Source: a virus (lineage: Duplodnaviria; Caudoviricetes). From it: a DNA stretch of 64,000 nucleotides. How positions within the stretch are numbered: the stretch's first letter is position 1; each line of letters begins with the position of its first letter. The stretch covers positions 64,001 through 128,000 of the IMG/VR virus record IMGVR_UViG_3300028591_000090. One strand, 5' to 3'. The position numbers and the translations under genes were made by a program. This document shows positions 9,470 to 18,131 of this stretch, piece by piece. Below the pieces are notes generated by a model that saw only the letters and a program-made list of their open reading frames with translations, did not search any database and was not told where the DNA came from.

Positions 9470-10094
9470 AAAGGGAATTATAAGCCTTACTTCGTGGAAG
9501 AAAAGAATAACGACTGTTGGTAAAACGATATTTAACCTATACAACACGTGTAAAGGATTTCATATTGTATTGGTATTAAGTTCAAATGAATTTCCAAAGA
9601 AAGAAGAAGAACTTCCTAACGACTTAAAAGTATTGTTGGATAAGAACGTATTTGAACTGTTGTGGGTTGAAAAGAATTATAAGGCATACAAGAAAGTATT
9701 ATTCACAATGCTTAAATATCCAAATGTACCAATTATTAGTGCCGATGATGATTGTTACTATAAAGTCAATTATGCAGAAAATTTATATCAAGCGTGGATA
9801 AGAAACGGTAAACCAGATGTTGTTAGATATACACCAAGAAAAGATATTCGTACACAAGGACCGTGTACACTATACAATATGAGTAAATATGCTCAACAGA
9901 TAATTGATTCTCTTACAGACGAACAAATTAAAAAAAGTCTTGACGATGATACAATGAGTACGTTCATTAAAGCAAATAATCTAAAATTGGTTTCGACTGG
10001 AATAAAAATATTGCCGTTTATTTTTCACGATGACACAGAACCATTATCGAAATATCAAAGAGATAGTAAATTCTATAAAAATTGTTTTGTATAA
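9450..10094 (+). CDS. GT-A fold glycosyltransferase (GT2-like), paralog 2
   Basis: IISLTSWKKRI, ISADDD. Confidence 0.75.
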   Translation: MRTYKNEKGIISLTSWKKRITTVGKTIFNLYNTCKGFHIVLVLSSNEFPKKEEELPNDLKVLLDKNVFELLWVEKNYKAYKKVLFTMLKYPNVPIISADDDCYYKVNYAENLYQAWIRNGKPDVVRYTPRKDIRTQGPCTLYNMSKYAQQIIDSLTDEQIKKSLDDDTMSTFIKANNLKLVSTGIKILPFIFHDDTEPLSKYQRDSKFYKNCFV

Positions 10095-10109
10095 TATAAT
10101 ATACATTTT

Positions 10110-10892
10110 CTATTCAAACTGTTTTATATAGTCGTCTTTCTGTTTTGTCCAGCGATTTATCTTAAAATAATATTCTCTGCCAATATTAACCTTTCCATAT
10201 ACGGCATCGCCTCTACCAATTTTATTTCTACAAAACTCTGATAACGTCTTTGTTATATAATGATTTATATAACAATTTGCATAACACGGTTTTGAGAGAA
10301 ATATCTTATCATATACTTTTCGACCAACAGTATCAACATGACCAATAACCTTACAATTAACAAAAGGTGAGTGTGCTGAATTAAATATCAGTCCATTTAT
10401 TTTTGTACGCACAATACATTTTGCTTTTCTGTTTTCAAATGACTGTAACGGTTTTGTAATTCTTTTCCATACTGGTACAGATATATCTCCATATATCATA
10501 TCATCGTCACCATATATTTGCCAGCAAGGTCGAATAGCAACGGCATTTTTAAACATTGATTCCGATACAAAATCTTTTATAGATTTATATTTCTTTCTAT
10601 CATACATAAAAAATTCATCGACATCAATAAACGCTATCCAATCATATTCTTTACCAAAACGATTGTAACAATCATTGTATGCCTTTGATTGATATGCAAT
10701 CTTATTATGTACGTTAATAATTGTTATCTTTGATAATATTGCATTATTGATACAATCACCAACATACTTTGTTTTATCATTGTTATTGTCATAGATATAA
10801 ATATGGTCAAACCCAACCATTAAATGCCAACAACACCAATCATTGATGTAGTCATTTTCGTTCTTCGCTATTGTACACAATGCAAGTTTCAA
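10110..10892 (-). CDS. glycosyltransferase (GT92/GT2-like)
   Basis: CTIAKNE..YI.DW..WH..GFDHIYIYDN, WIAFIDVDEF, INHY.TK. Confidence 0.8.
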   Translation of the reverse strand: MKLALCTIAKNENDYINDWCCWHLMVGFDHIYIYDNNNDKTKYVGDCINNAILSKITIINVHNKIAYQSKAYNDCYNRFGKEYDWIAFIDVDEFFMYDRKKYKSIKDFVSESMFKNAVAIRPCWQIYGDDDMIYGDISVPVWKRITKPLQSFENRKAKCIVRTKINGLIFNSAHSPFVNCKVIGHVDTVGRKVYDKIFLSKPCYANCYINHYITKTLSEFCRNKIGRGDAVYGKVNIGREYYFKINRWTKQKDDYIKQFE

Positions 10893-11764
10893 TTTTCAAA
10901 AGATGATTTATTTGGCAACACAGATTGTAAATAACTATTCACGTTTGTCTTGAATAAATGATATGAATCTGCATTTAGTGCTTCTGTATCATTAAAACAA
11001 ACTAACTTATTTCTTATATTAAATTTTGGCTTATATTCATACTGATTGATATTAACAGTACGTTTATCCGTCAAATTCAATTGGACCATTGCATCAAAAA
11101 ACATCCAATCTGTTACATTTGTTTCTTTTCTAAAACGACTATTCGCCAATGCTCTCCTTATAGAGAAATTAAACTTATTCCAAATAAACAACTGTAAATC
11201 TTTTTTGAATGATATTGGTCCGTGTCCCGGCTTATAATGTGTTGCTGGACCAAGTTGTGATTCAAGAATCTTATATCCGTTGAGAATATTCTTATGCCAA
11301 TATGTTATACCGTATCTATCATAATTTACCTTATACTCATTTACCGGTCTATTATAAATAAAAAAATCAGATTCAGACAATGGTCGTACAGCAAAGAAAT
11401 CATCGTTGAACAAAATATACGTATTCGATAGTTCTTTAATAAACGGTGCATAACAATTTATCACACTACTGTTAAATGTTGGTAATTCTGACTCTGGTAT
11501 AAAATTTCTATGATATACAATCTTTAACTTTGGATTTTTAACATTTAACCAATCTGGTATTTGACTTTCATTTGAAAGCAATAGAAATACATATCTTACC
11601 CAAGGCATATTCTTTTCTATACCTCTAAAGAAATATTTGAACGTACCCATATCTCTGAATCGGCAATCTGCCTTTTCTCCTTTCTCTTTATACTCATACT
11701 CTCTATATTGGGAAACCCACTTACTATCGTTTGGATTTACCCAAGGAACTAATACATCTACCAT
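10889..11764 (-). CDS. Stealth-family hexose-1-phosphate transferase
   Basis: DVLVPWVNPND (CR1); RFRD..FKYFFRGIEKNMPW, LPTFNS, FNDD (CR2); CFND and LPNKSSFE (CR4). Confidence 0.85.
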   Translation of the reverse strand: MVDVLVPWVNPNDSKWVSQYREYEYKEKGEKADCRFRDMGTFKYFFRGIEKNMPWVRYVFLLLSNESQIPDWLNVKNPKLKIVYHRNFIPESELPTFNSSVINCYAPFIKELSNTYILFNDDFFAVRPLSESDFFIYNRPVNEYKVNYDRYGITYWHKNILNGYKILESQLGPATHYKPGHGPISFKKDLQLFIWNKFNFSIRRALANSRFRKETNVTDWMFFDAMVQLNLTDKRTVNINQYEYKPKFNIRNKLVCFNDTEALNADSYHLFKTNVNSYLQSVLPNKSSFEN

Positions 11765-11840
11765 AACATAATTATTTACGTTTCTTATAATATTTTCGTT
11801 TCATAAATAAAAAGAAAACATAGTATGGAACAATATATCC

Positions 11841-12020
11841 GATGAAATAAAATTACTCAAACTTACTCAATGCTTGATTTGAATAATTCTCTGTGGATTG
11901 CAATCCACTCCATCGGAACGACAGAAGTTTATCCTTTAAATCACATCTTTTGATATTCAAAGGTTCAAAACTTCCGTCAATATTTTGTTTTAAGAGTGGT
12001 CGAAACACGGTTTCGCTTAC
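11841..12020 (-). ncRNA. candidate TnpB omegaRNA scaffold overlapping the tnpB 3' end
   Basis: Hairpins at 12001-12015 and 11893-11908 (perfect 16-bp palindrome). The 11853-11886 stem pairs fully on the minus strand only (one G-U). Position matches known TnpB omegaRNAs; boundaries are approximate. Confidence 0.45.
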
Positions 12021-13463
12021 TCTGTTTCTTATATTGACACTTGCATTATGGTCTGCATTATCACTATGACCACAACATGTACATACAAATTCTTCTTGTG
12101 TTTTTCTATTGTTCTTATCTATGTTTCCACAAACAGAACACATTTGACTGGTGTAGGAAGAGTGTACTATTGATAATTGCATGCCATAATTCTGTGCTAT
12201 ATGTTTAACTTCTTGCTTTAAAGATGAAATATTTAGTGCAGATACAAGTCTATTGTAATTTATCTTATCAAATTCTTCTGTTTTTGCAAACGATTTCTCA
12301 AATCCATTGTCAAGATTTTCCATAACAATATGGTCATAACCATTAGAAGATAATGTTTTACACATTTTGGCAATCAGATTCTTATTAGAATATTTTATCT
12401 TGTTCGCTATGACATCTATCTTGTGTTGTCTTCTTTTACCAACGGTATATTTTTCATCTTTAGACTTCAAATCATCAGTATACTTTCGTTCTGACAAATA
12501 ATCCTTGACTAATTTGTGATTGTAGTCAAAAATTTCTCCAGTAGAGCAAGAAAATAGATTATGTTTAGTATTTACGTCAATTCCTATAAATGATTTTTTG
12601 TTCTCTATCATTATTCTCTCGCAATCCTTGCACAGATTAATCTTAATTGTTTTGTGATATTCGTCAAAACAAATTATATATTCATAGTCATTCGTCTGTT
12701 TCCTCCAAGACATCATATTATCGTGGTAATCCTTTGCAAATTTAACAGGTATATCAAAGGACTTTCTATCAAATCCAGATAGACTAATGAAAGCATTTAT
12801 TACAGAGTTATAGTTCTTATTGTAGTCAACAATTCTTTTCTTTCTGCTTCTTCCACCGAATGTCAACTTCTTGAACTCGATTGGTTCTTTGTATCGTTTT
12901 AATATATAGTCTCTCTTCTGGCGTGTGAGATTCCATAGTCTTTCAAATCCAAATTTGTCAATGACTCTATTCATCATAGAGAAGAAATCCTCTTCCGTCT
13001 TTAAACGAATAAACTCAAGAACAGATGTATTGTTACATTTAATAAGATACGTTAATGTCTTTGACAAATCAGTCGAACTTCTTCTTATCTTTGTCTTCTT
13101 GAAATCACCTTTCTTGTTTTTCTTTGTAGTCCTTTTATAAAACTCAAGACCAAGGTACTCAACTTTCTCAAACTTTAGTTTTCTCCTTAATTGAACGAAC
13201 CGATTCTCATAGCAAGTATAAACGTGAGTATAGAGTTGGTTATCGAATGACGATGGAATTTTGTTTTTGTACTTATTCCTCATATATTTCATAAAGTCAA
13301 ACTTCGACATTTCGTGATAAAACATTATGTTTGAATTCACATCATTTGATACAATATTCTTGTGGTTACGTAATGTAATAGCAAAGTCATACAACTCATT
13401 GTACTTTTCCTTAGTCAATGAGTCTGACATAAATGATTTAGTATGTTTGCTTTGAATTATCAC
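11853..13463 (-). CDS. tnpB: TnpB-family RNA-guided nuclease, solo and long (536 aa)
   Basis: RuvC-I GIDVN, RuvC-II VMENL, YTSQMCSVCG...CTCCG zinc finger, RuvC-III NADHNASVNI; catalytic D/E/D intact. Confidence 0.88.
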   Translation of the reverse strand: MIIQSKHTKSFMSDSLTKEKYNELYDFAITLRNHKNIVSNDVNSNIMFYHEMSKFDFMKYMRNKYKNKIPSSFDNQLYTHVYTCYENRFVQLRRKLKFEKVEYLGLEFYKRTTKKNKKGDFKKTKIRRSSTDLSKTLTYLIKCNNTSVLEFIRLKTEEDFFSMMNRVIDKFGFERLWNLTRQKRDYILKRYKEPIEFKKLTFGGRSRKKRIVDYNKNYNSVINAFISLSGFDRKSFDIPVKFAKDYHDNMMSWRKQTNDYEYIICFDEYHKTIKINLCKDCERIMIENKKSFIGIDVNTKHNLFSCSTGEIFDYNHKLVKDYLSERKYTDDLKSKDEKYTVGKRRQHKIDVIANKIKYSNKNLIAKMCKTLSSNGYDHIVMENLDNGFEKSFAKTEEFDKINYNRLVSALNISSLKQEVKHIAQNYGMQLSIVHSSYTSQMCSVCGNIDKNNRKTQEEFVCTCCGHSDNADHNASVNIRNRVSETVFRPLLKQNIDGSFEPLNIKRCDLKDKLLSFRWSGLQSTENYSNQALSKFE

Positions 13464-13502
13464 TACAATCTTTCTTGTTTTTATCTACAATCCTTATTTT
13501 AT

Positions 13503-13558
13503 AAAGGCTGGAGAGGAGCGACCTCTCCGTGAGCGATTGTAGATTTCTCACCGCCTTT
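13503..13558 (-). ncRNA. structured leader RNA (three-way junction) upstream of tnpB
   Basis: GC-rich island. P1 aaaggc/gccttt, P2 ggagagg/cctctcc, P3 gtgag/ctcac. The P3 loop is complementary to 13483-13492 and 13463-13470. Confidence 0.6.
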
Positions 13559-13569
13559 TCTTTATTTAT

Positions 13570-13617
13570 TATACAAATTAGAAATAAAATAAACTAATTT
13601 TATTTCTAATTTGTATA
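13570..13617. repeat. perfect 21-bp inverted repeat with 6-nt spacer
   Basis: tatacaaattagaaataaaat-aaacta-attttatttctaatttgtata. Confidence 0.9.
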
Positions 13618-13675
13618 TATAAATAAAATAGAATCAATTTATTTTTGATAAATTTAAAAAAATTAGATAAGTTTT

Positions 13676-14047
13676 ATGTCAATAACTTATATCCCTTTAT
13701 TTGAATATTTTACTGTATCACGTAAAAAACTCATTAAAAGAATTTATGAAGAATTAAACGATAGAAAAATTACAAGCAAATTCTATGATGATGAATATTG
13801 GTTAGGTGTAGACGAAGCAATAAAAGCAATAAATTACGCTTGTGAAGAGTTCCATTGTACTTGTGTCGTTACTGTAAAAGACGGTGGATATAAAAAAAAT
13901 AGCGATAGTTCTGGAAAAAGAAAAGAATATAATTTTGAAATACTTGATGAAAATAAAATTGCTATTGCTATTGGTGTTATTATTTGTAGTGCCGCAGGAA
14001 CTCTCGAAGACCCGTTTAGCAGATACGATATAACGGTAAACATGTAA
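13676..14047 (+). CDS. hypothetical protein with N-terminal YIPLFE motif
   Basis: 123-aa ORF, TAAATA at 13625. Confidence 0.7.
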   Translation: MSITYIPLFEYFTVSRKKLIKRIYEELNDRKITSKFYDDEYWLGVDEAIKAINYACEEFHCTCVVTVKDGGYKKNSDSSGKRKEYNFEILDENKIAIAIGVIICSAAGTLEDPFSRYDITVNM

Positions 14048-14089
14048 AAATTATTTTACGTTAATAAAAAAAACGAATATCTGTTTTTT

Positions 14090-14806
14090 ATGGAAGAAAA
14101 ATACGAGTCCATTGGTAAAAAATATAATGGCGAAAAGGCAATTATTAGTCTAACTTCTTGGAAAGCAAGAATTGATACCGTTGGAAAAACATTATTTAGT
14201 TTATTAGTTAAATGTCCTGGATTTCACATAGTTCTTGTTTTAAGTGAAGAAGAGTTTCCACAAAAAGAAAAAGAATTACCTGATGATTTAATGCTTTTTA
14301 TAAAAAAGAAATTTATTGAAATTCTTTGGGTTTATAAGAATTATAAAAGTTTAAAAAAAGTCCTTTTTACAATGGACAAATATAGAGATGTTCCTGTGAT
14401 TAGTGCAGATGATGATTGTGTATATAAATTTAATTATGCAAAAGACTTTTATGATATTTGGGTAAACCATAAAGATTATTTTATTTGTTATTGGTGTGCA
14501 TATAATGAAAAATATAAGTGTTATAACACATCTGGTTATGCAACATTACACCCACCATATATATACGGAGATTGTTTAAAATATCTAAACAACGATAAAC
14601 TTATAGAATACAATCAAGATGATTTAATATATCTTGCATTAAGAATAAAGAAAGGGTTAAAAAATGTTATATGTTTAAATAAACCATACGAGAAAATTGT
14701 TTGTTCTCACGATGAAATAAAGCCGTTACATGATACATACAGAAAAGATAAATATTTACAAAAAAATACCATAAACGATGTAATAAATTTTATTGTAAAT
14801 AATTAA
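14090..14806 (+). CDS. GT-A fold glycosyltransferase (GT2-like), paralog 3
   Basis: IISLTSWKARI, ISADDD, QDD. Confidence 0.75.
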   Translation: MEEKYESIGKKYNGEKAIISLTSWKARIDTVGKTLFSLLVKCPGFHIVLVLSEEEFPQKEKELPDDLMLFIKKKFIEILWVYKNYKSLKKVLFTMDKYRDVPVISADDDCVYKFNYAKDFYDIWVNHKDYFICYWCAYNEKYKCYNTSGYATLHPPYIYGDCLKYLNNDKLIEYNQDDLIYLALRIKKGLKNVICLNKPYEKIVCSHDEIKPLHDTYRKDKYLQKNTINDVINFIVNN

Positions 14807-14812
14807 AACAAA

Positions 14813-15358
14813 ATGATAAATTTAATAGGAAATAGTTGCTTCTCAAGTTACATAAAAAGAGATTTTTTAAAAGAAGAATTTATAAATCCTTTTGTGTGGT
14901 GTTCAGTAACGGAAACGGATATTCTTAATGTAATAAAGTTTTATGAAGAAATTAATTGGTTTAATTATTCAATTTATCTATATAAAAATAAGACATTCAA
15001 TATACAAAATGTTAAAATAATCGTAGATAATTTATTTACAATAAAATTTCCACACTATGCATTAAGTAATTGTGAAACAAAAATAGATGGTGTTAATGTA
15101 TTTTCTAAAAATATAATTCAATTTGCAGAAGAAAAATATAACAATAGGTGTAAAAAATTATTAAAATATAATATTACTCCAACTTATTTGCTTGGTGGTA
15201 CTTGGGAAGATCAAATAATATATAATGAAAAAGATTTTCTTAAATTTAAAAATATAATAATTGTTAATAATCCACAAATTGTACACGACAATTATAAATT
15301 GGCGTATTGGTTTTGGGAGAACAAAAATCAATTTAAATTTAACATTGAACCAAAATAA
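14813..15358 (+). CDS. polysaccharide-locus protein (DUF1919-like)
   Basis: LIGNSC..NPF.W..I.FPHY..KY.NR pattern. Confidence 0.45.
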   Translation: MINLIGNSCFSSYIKRDFLKEEFINPFVWCSVTETDILNVIKFYEEINWFNYSIYLYKNKTFNIQNVKIIVDNLFTIKFPHYALSNCETKIDGVNVFSKNIIQFAEEKYNNRCKKLLKYNITPTYLLGGTWEDQIIYNEKDFLKFKNIIIVNNPQIVHDNYKLAYWFWENKNQFKFNIEPK

Positions 15359-16176
15359 AAATCTGTTTTATCGTCTTTATATTTTATATAAGATGCACCA
15401 GGATAAAAAGTTAATTCTCCAAAATAAACTTTATTATTTATTTCGTAAAAATCAACTCTAACAAATTTAAAATCTCTGCTTAATATTTCAGCATATGATT
15501 TCATTGTTTTGAAAGTATAAGGTTCTTTATGAGAAATACTATAATTTGCTTTAAAATCAAGTCTTGATATTTCTGTACATTGATTCCAGTTCATATCGTA
15601 ATAATTTAAATGTTTATTAGAATTATTTCTATCTGATATTATTTGACAAAACATAGGCTTACCATTAAAGCAAAGAAACTTATAATCTAATAAATCTTTA
15701 TTCCCATCAGACATATATTTTTCAATAAAAATTTTTCTCGGAATTAAACTATAACACAATTCATATCCCCACCAAGACCAATCTTTACTTAACCATTCAT
15801 TAAATTTATTTCTTGCTTTTGTTTTATCTATATTACCATTTTTAACTACAATATTCGTATGAGAACCGTGATTTGTTTTTATAACGTAATCTTTTGGCAA
15901 TTTTGAAAAATCTATATCATCAAATTTATCATAGATTCCAATAATAGGAATAGAAATATCTTCTCCTATTTTATTTTTTACATATTCTCTTACTGTTATC
16001 TTATCTGCACAATATGTTTTTAAAAAAGTTGAATCATAAACTTTTAACCATTCAAGTTTTTCGGTGAATCTTTTCGGATTTTCTATATCTGGATAAAAAC
16101 CCATCATTTGTTTATATCTTTCCTTTATATTAGGAATTAATGATTTACAATATTCTAACCATTTATTCTTCTCCAT
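15328..16176 (-). CDS. TupA-like ATP-grasp enzyme
   Basis: NPKRFTEKL.WLK, ADKITVREYV, IKTNHGS, DYKFLCFNG, FVRVDFY, FGELTFYP. Confidence 0.88.
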   Translation of the reverse strand: MEKNKWLEYCKSLIPNIKERYKQMMGFYPDIENPKRFTEKLEWLKVYDSTFLKTYCADKITVREYVKNKIGEDISIPIIGIYDKFDDIDFSKLPKDYVIKTNHGSHTNIVVKNGNIDKTKARNKFNEWLSKDWSWWGYELCYSLIPRKIFIEKYMSDGNKDLLDYKFLCFNGKPMFCQIISDRNNSNKHLNYYDMNWNQCTEISRLDFKANYSISHKEPYTFKTMKSYAEILSRDFKFVRVDFYEINNKVYFGELTFYPGASYIKYKDDKTDFYFGSMLNLN

Positions 16177-16960
16177 AATTAAAAAGCATTTTATATTTCT
16201 CTAATAATTTTGGATATGAAGATAAAACAGCATACATCCAGTTGTCTCTTTTTTCATATCCATTAGCATCTTTTTGATGACTACTTTTACACAACCCCTT
16301 CCATTTACTATTATTTTTATCTATATCTATTCCCCAACCATATCTTAAATGAAATATAGGAATATCATAAAAAACCGTCCACGGCTGAAACCAACATTCG
16401 TCTGAAATAGGAGATGTTTTATCTCTTATTATCTGATTTTCGTTATTTAAAATTTCTTTTGGATATAAAACCGATGGTATCATACTTTGTCCACACCACC
16501 TTACTGTATTTACACTAGGTTCTTCTTCTAAAACACCAGGACCATATATTATTCTTCTTCCTACATATTTATGATAAGGGTACGAATTATAACAAATTAT
16601 ACAATTAGGAAATTTATTATGGTTTTCAACAACTGTTTTTATTAAATCATCAGCATATCTTACATCATCATCTATCAAAAATACCAAATCATTTTCTTTA
16701 GCAATTTTAAAATATTCGTGTCTTTTATGAACGTAAGTATTTTTAGGTAACCAATGTAAGAAAACTTTTGGGTGTTTTATTACTGTTTGTAAATCTTTAG
16801 GTAAATTCTTTTCTTTATTAGGAAATTCTTCTATGCTCAACCATAAATGAATTTCATCTGGCTTTAATGTTTGTTTTGTCAATAATAAAAATATAGATTT
16901 ACTAACATTATTAATTCTTCCAGGATAACTTGTCATTGTTACAATAATTCTCTCTTTCAT
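16163..16960 (-). CDS. GT-A fold glycosyltransferase (GT2-like), divergent paralog 4
   Basis: IVTMTSYPGRI, QTLKPDEIHLWLS..EFP, IDDD, SDECW. Confidence 0.75.
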   Translation of the reverse strand: MKERIIVTMTSYPGRINNVSKSIFLLLTKQTLKPDEIHLWLSIEEFPNKEKNLPKDLQTVIKHPKVFLHWLPKNTYVHKRHEYFKIAKENDLVFLIDDDVRYADDLIKTVVENHNKFPNCIICYNSYPYHKYVGRRIIYGPGVLEEEPSVNTVRWCGQSMIPSVLYPKEILNNENQIIRDKTSPISDECWFQPWTVFYDIPIFHLRYGWGIDIDKNNSKWKGLCKSSHQKDANGYEKRDNWMYAVLSSYPKLLEKYKMLFNYGEE

Positions 16961-17919
16961 AATAAGTTACCATATTTTAAAAACCAATTTATAAATTTTT
17001 TTACCCCATCTTCAATCATCACTGATGGTTTATATCTGTAATCTTTTTCGAGCAAAGAACAGTCTGCGTATGTTTTATACACATCTCCTGGTTGCATTGG
17101 CATAAAAATCTTTTCAGATTCTTTACCTAATTCTTTTTCGATAAGAGAAATAAATTCAATTAAATTTATTGGATTTGAACAACCAATATTATATACTTTA
17201 TGTTTATAATCAAGTTCTTTTTTTACAATACTAATAATACCGTTTACAATATCATCAATATAAGTAAAATCACGAATCATATCACCATTATTGAAAACTT
17301 TAATAGGTTTACCATCTGATATAGATTTTGCAAATAACATTGGTGCCATATCTGGTCTTCCCCACGGTCCATATACAGTAAAAAATCTTAATCCTGTACA
17401 TTGTATACCATACAAAGAAGAATAACAAGAAGCCATTAGTTCGTTTGATTTCTTTGTAGCGGCATATAAACTCTGTGGATTGTCTACTTTGTCTTCTTCA
17501 CTAAAAGGAACTTTTTCATTTCCTCCATAAACAGAAGAAGAACTTGCGTATATTAGTCTACGAATATTGTAGTTTCTACAGCATTCTAATATATTAAAGA
17601 ATCCAACAATATTACTTTGGATATACACATCTGGATTCTCAATAGAATATCGTACTCCTGCTTGTGCAGCCAAATTTATAATTAAATCAAATTTTTCTTT
17701 TTCAAATATCTTTGATAAAAATTCTTTATCTTCTATATTTGAAATATATGTTTTAAAATTACTAAATTCTTTTAATATTTCAAGTCTTTTTTCTTTTAAT
17801 TTAACAGAATAATAATTGTTCATATTGTCTATACCGACAATATCATAACCTTGCTCAAGTAAAACCTTACTTAAACTAAAACCAATAAAACCAGAACTTC
17901 CTGTTATTAAAATTTTCAT
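16957..17919 (-). CDS. NAD-dependent epimerase, UDP-glucuronate 4-epimerase-like
   Basis: GSSGFIG, LAAQAGVRYS, YAATKK, RFFTVYGPWGRPDMA. Confidence 0.9.
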   Translation of the reverse strand: MKILITGSSGFIGFSLSKVLLEQGYDIVGIDNMNNYYSVKLKEKRLEILKEFSNFKTYISNIEDKEFLSKIFEKEKFDLIINLAAQAGVRYSIENPDVYIQSNIVGFFNILECCRNYNIRRLIYASSSSVYGGNEKVPFSEEDKVDNPQSLYAATKKSNELMASCYSSLYGIQCTGLRFFTVYGPWGRPDMAPMLFAKSISDGKPIKVFNNGDMIRDFTYIDDIVNGIISIVKKELDYKHKVYNIGCSNPINLIEFISLIEKELGKESEKIFMPMQPGDVYKTYADCSLLEKDYRYKPSVMIEDGVKKFINWFLKYGNLL

Positions 17920-18125
17920 TATTTTATTTTTTTATCTAACATATCAATAAATTCTTGATACTCTTTTTCAAAAGCATTCACAAGTTCTTCATTTTTCTTT
18001 TCTTCTACTTCCTTTTCTTTACTTTTTGTTGTAAAATTTCTGTTTGTTCTCAATCTGTAATTACAAACTGGAACTATACCATCGTCCATATCGTCATCAG
18101 CAGACGTTACTACTTTTTTCGCCAT
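17919..18125 (-). CDS. small protein sharing a C-terminal motif with the GT8
   Basis: FEKEYQEFI versus FEREYLEFI. Confidence 0.55.
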   Translation of the reverse strand: MAKKVVTSADDDMDDGIVPVCNYRLRTNRNFTTKSKEKEVEEKKNEELVNAFEKEYQEFIDMLDKKIK

Positions 18126-18131
18126 TATATT

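Noticed and set aside
13503-13558. tRNA
   Set aside because: Only 56 nt, with no T-loop or D-loop consensus; no tRNA or rRNA gene recognised anywhere in the window
13461-13560. Mini CRISPR array next to TnpB (TTGTAGAT resembles a Cas12a repeat end)
   Set aside because: Only 8-10-nt matches, about 12 nt apart and one inverted; no repeat-spacer periodicity
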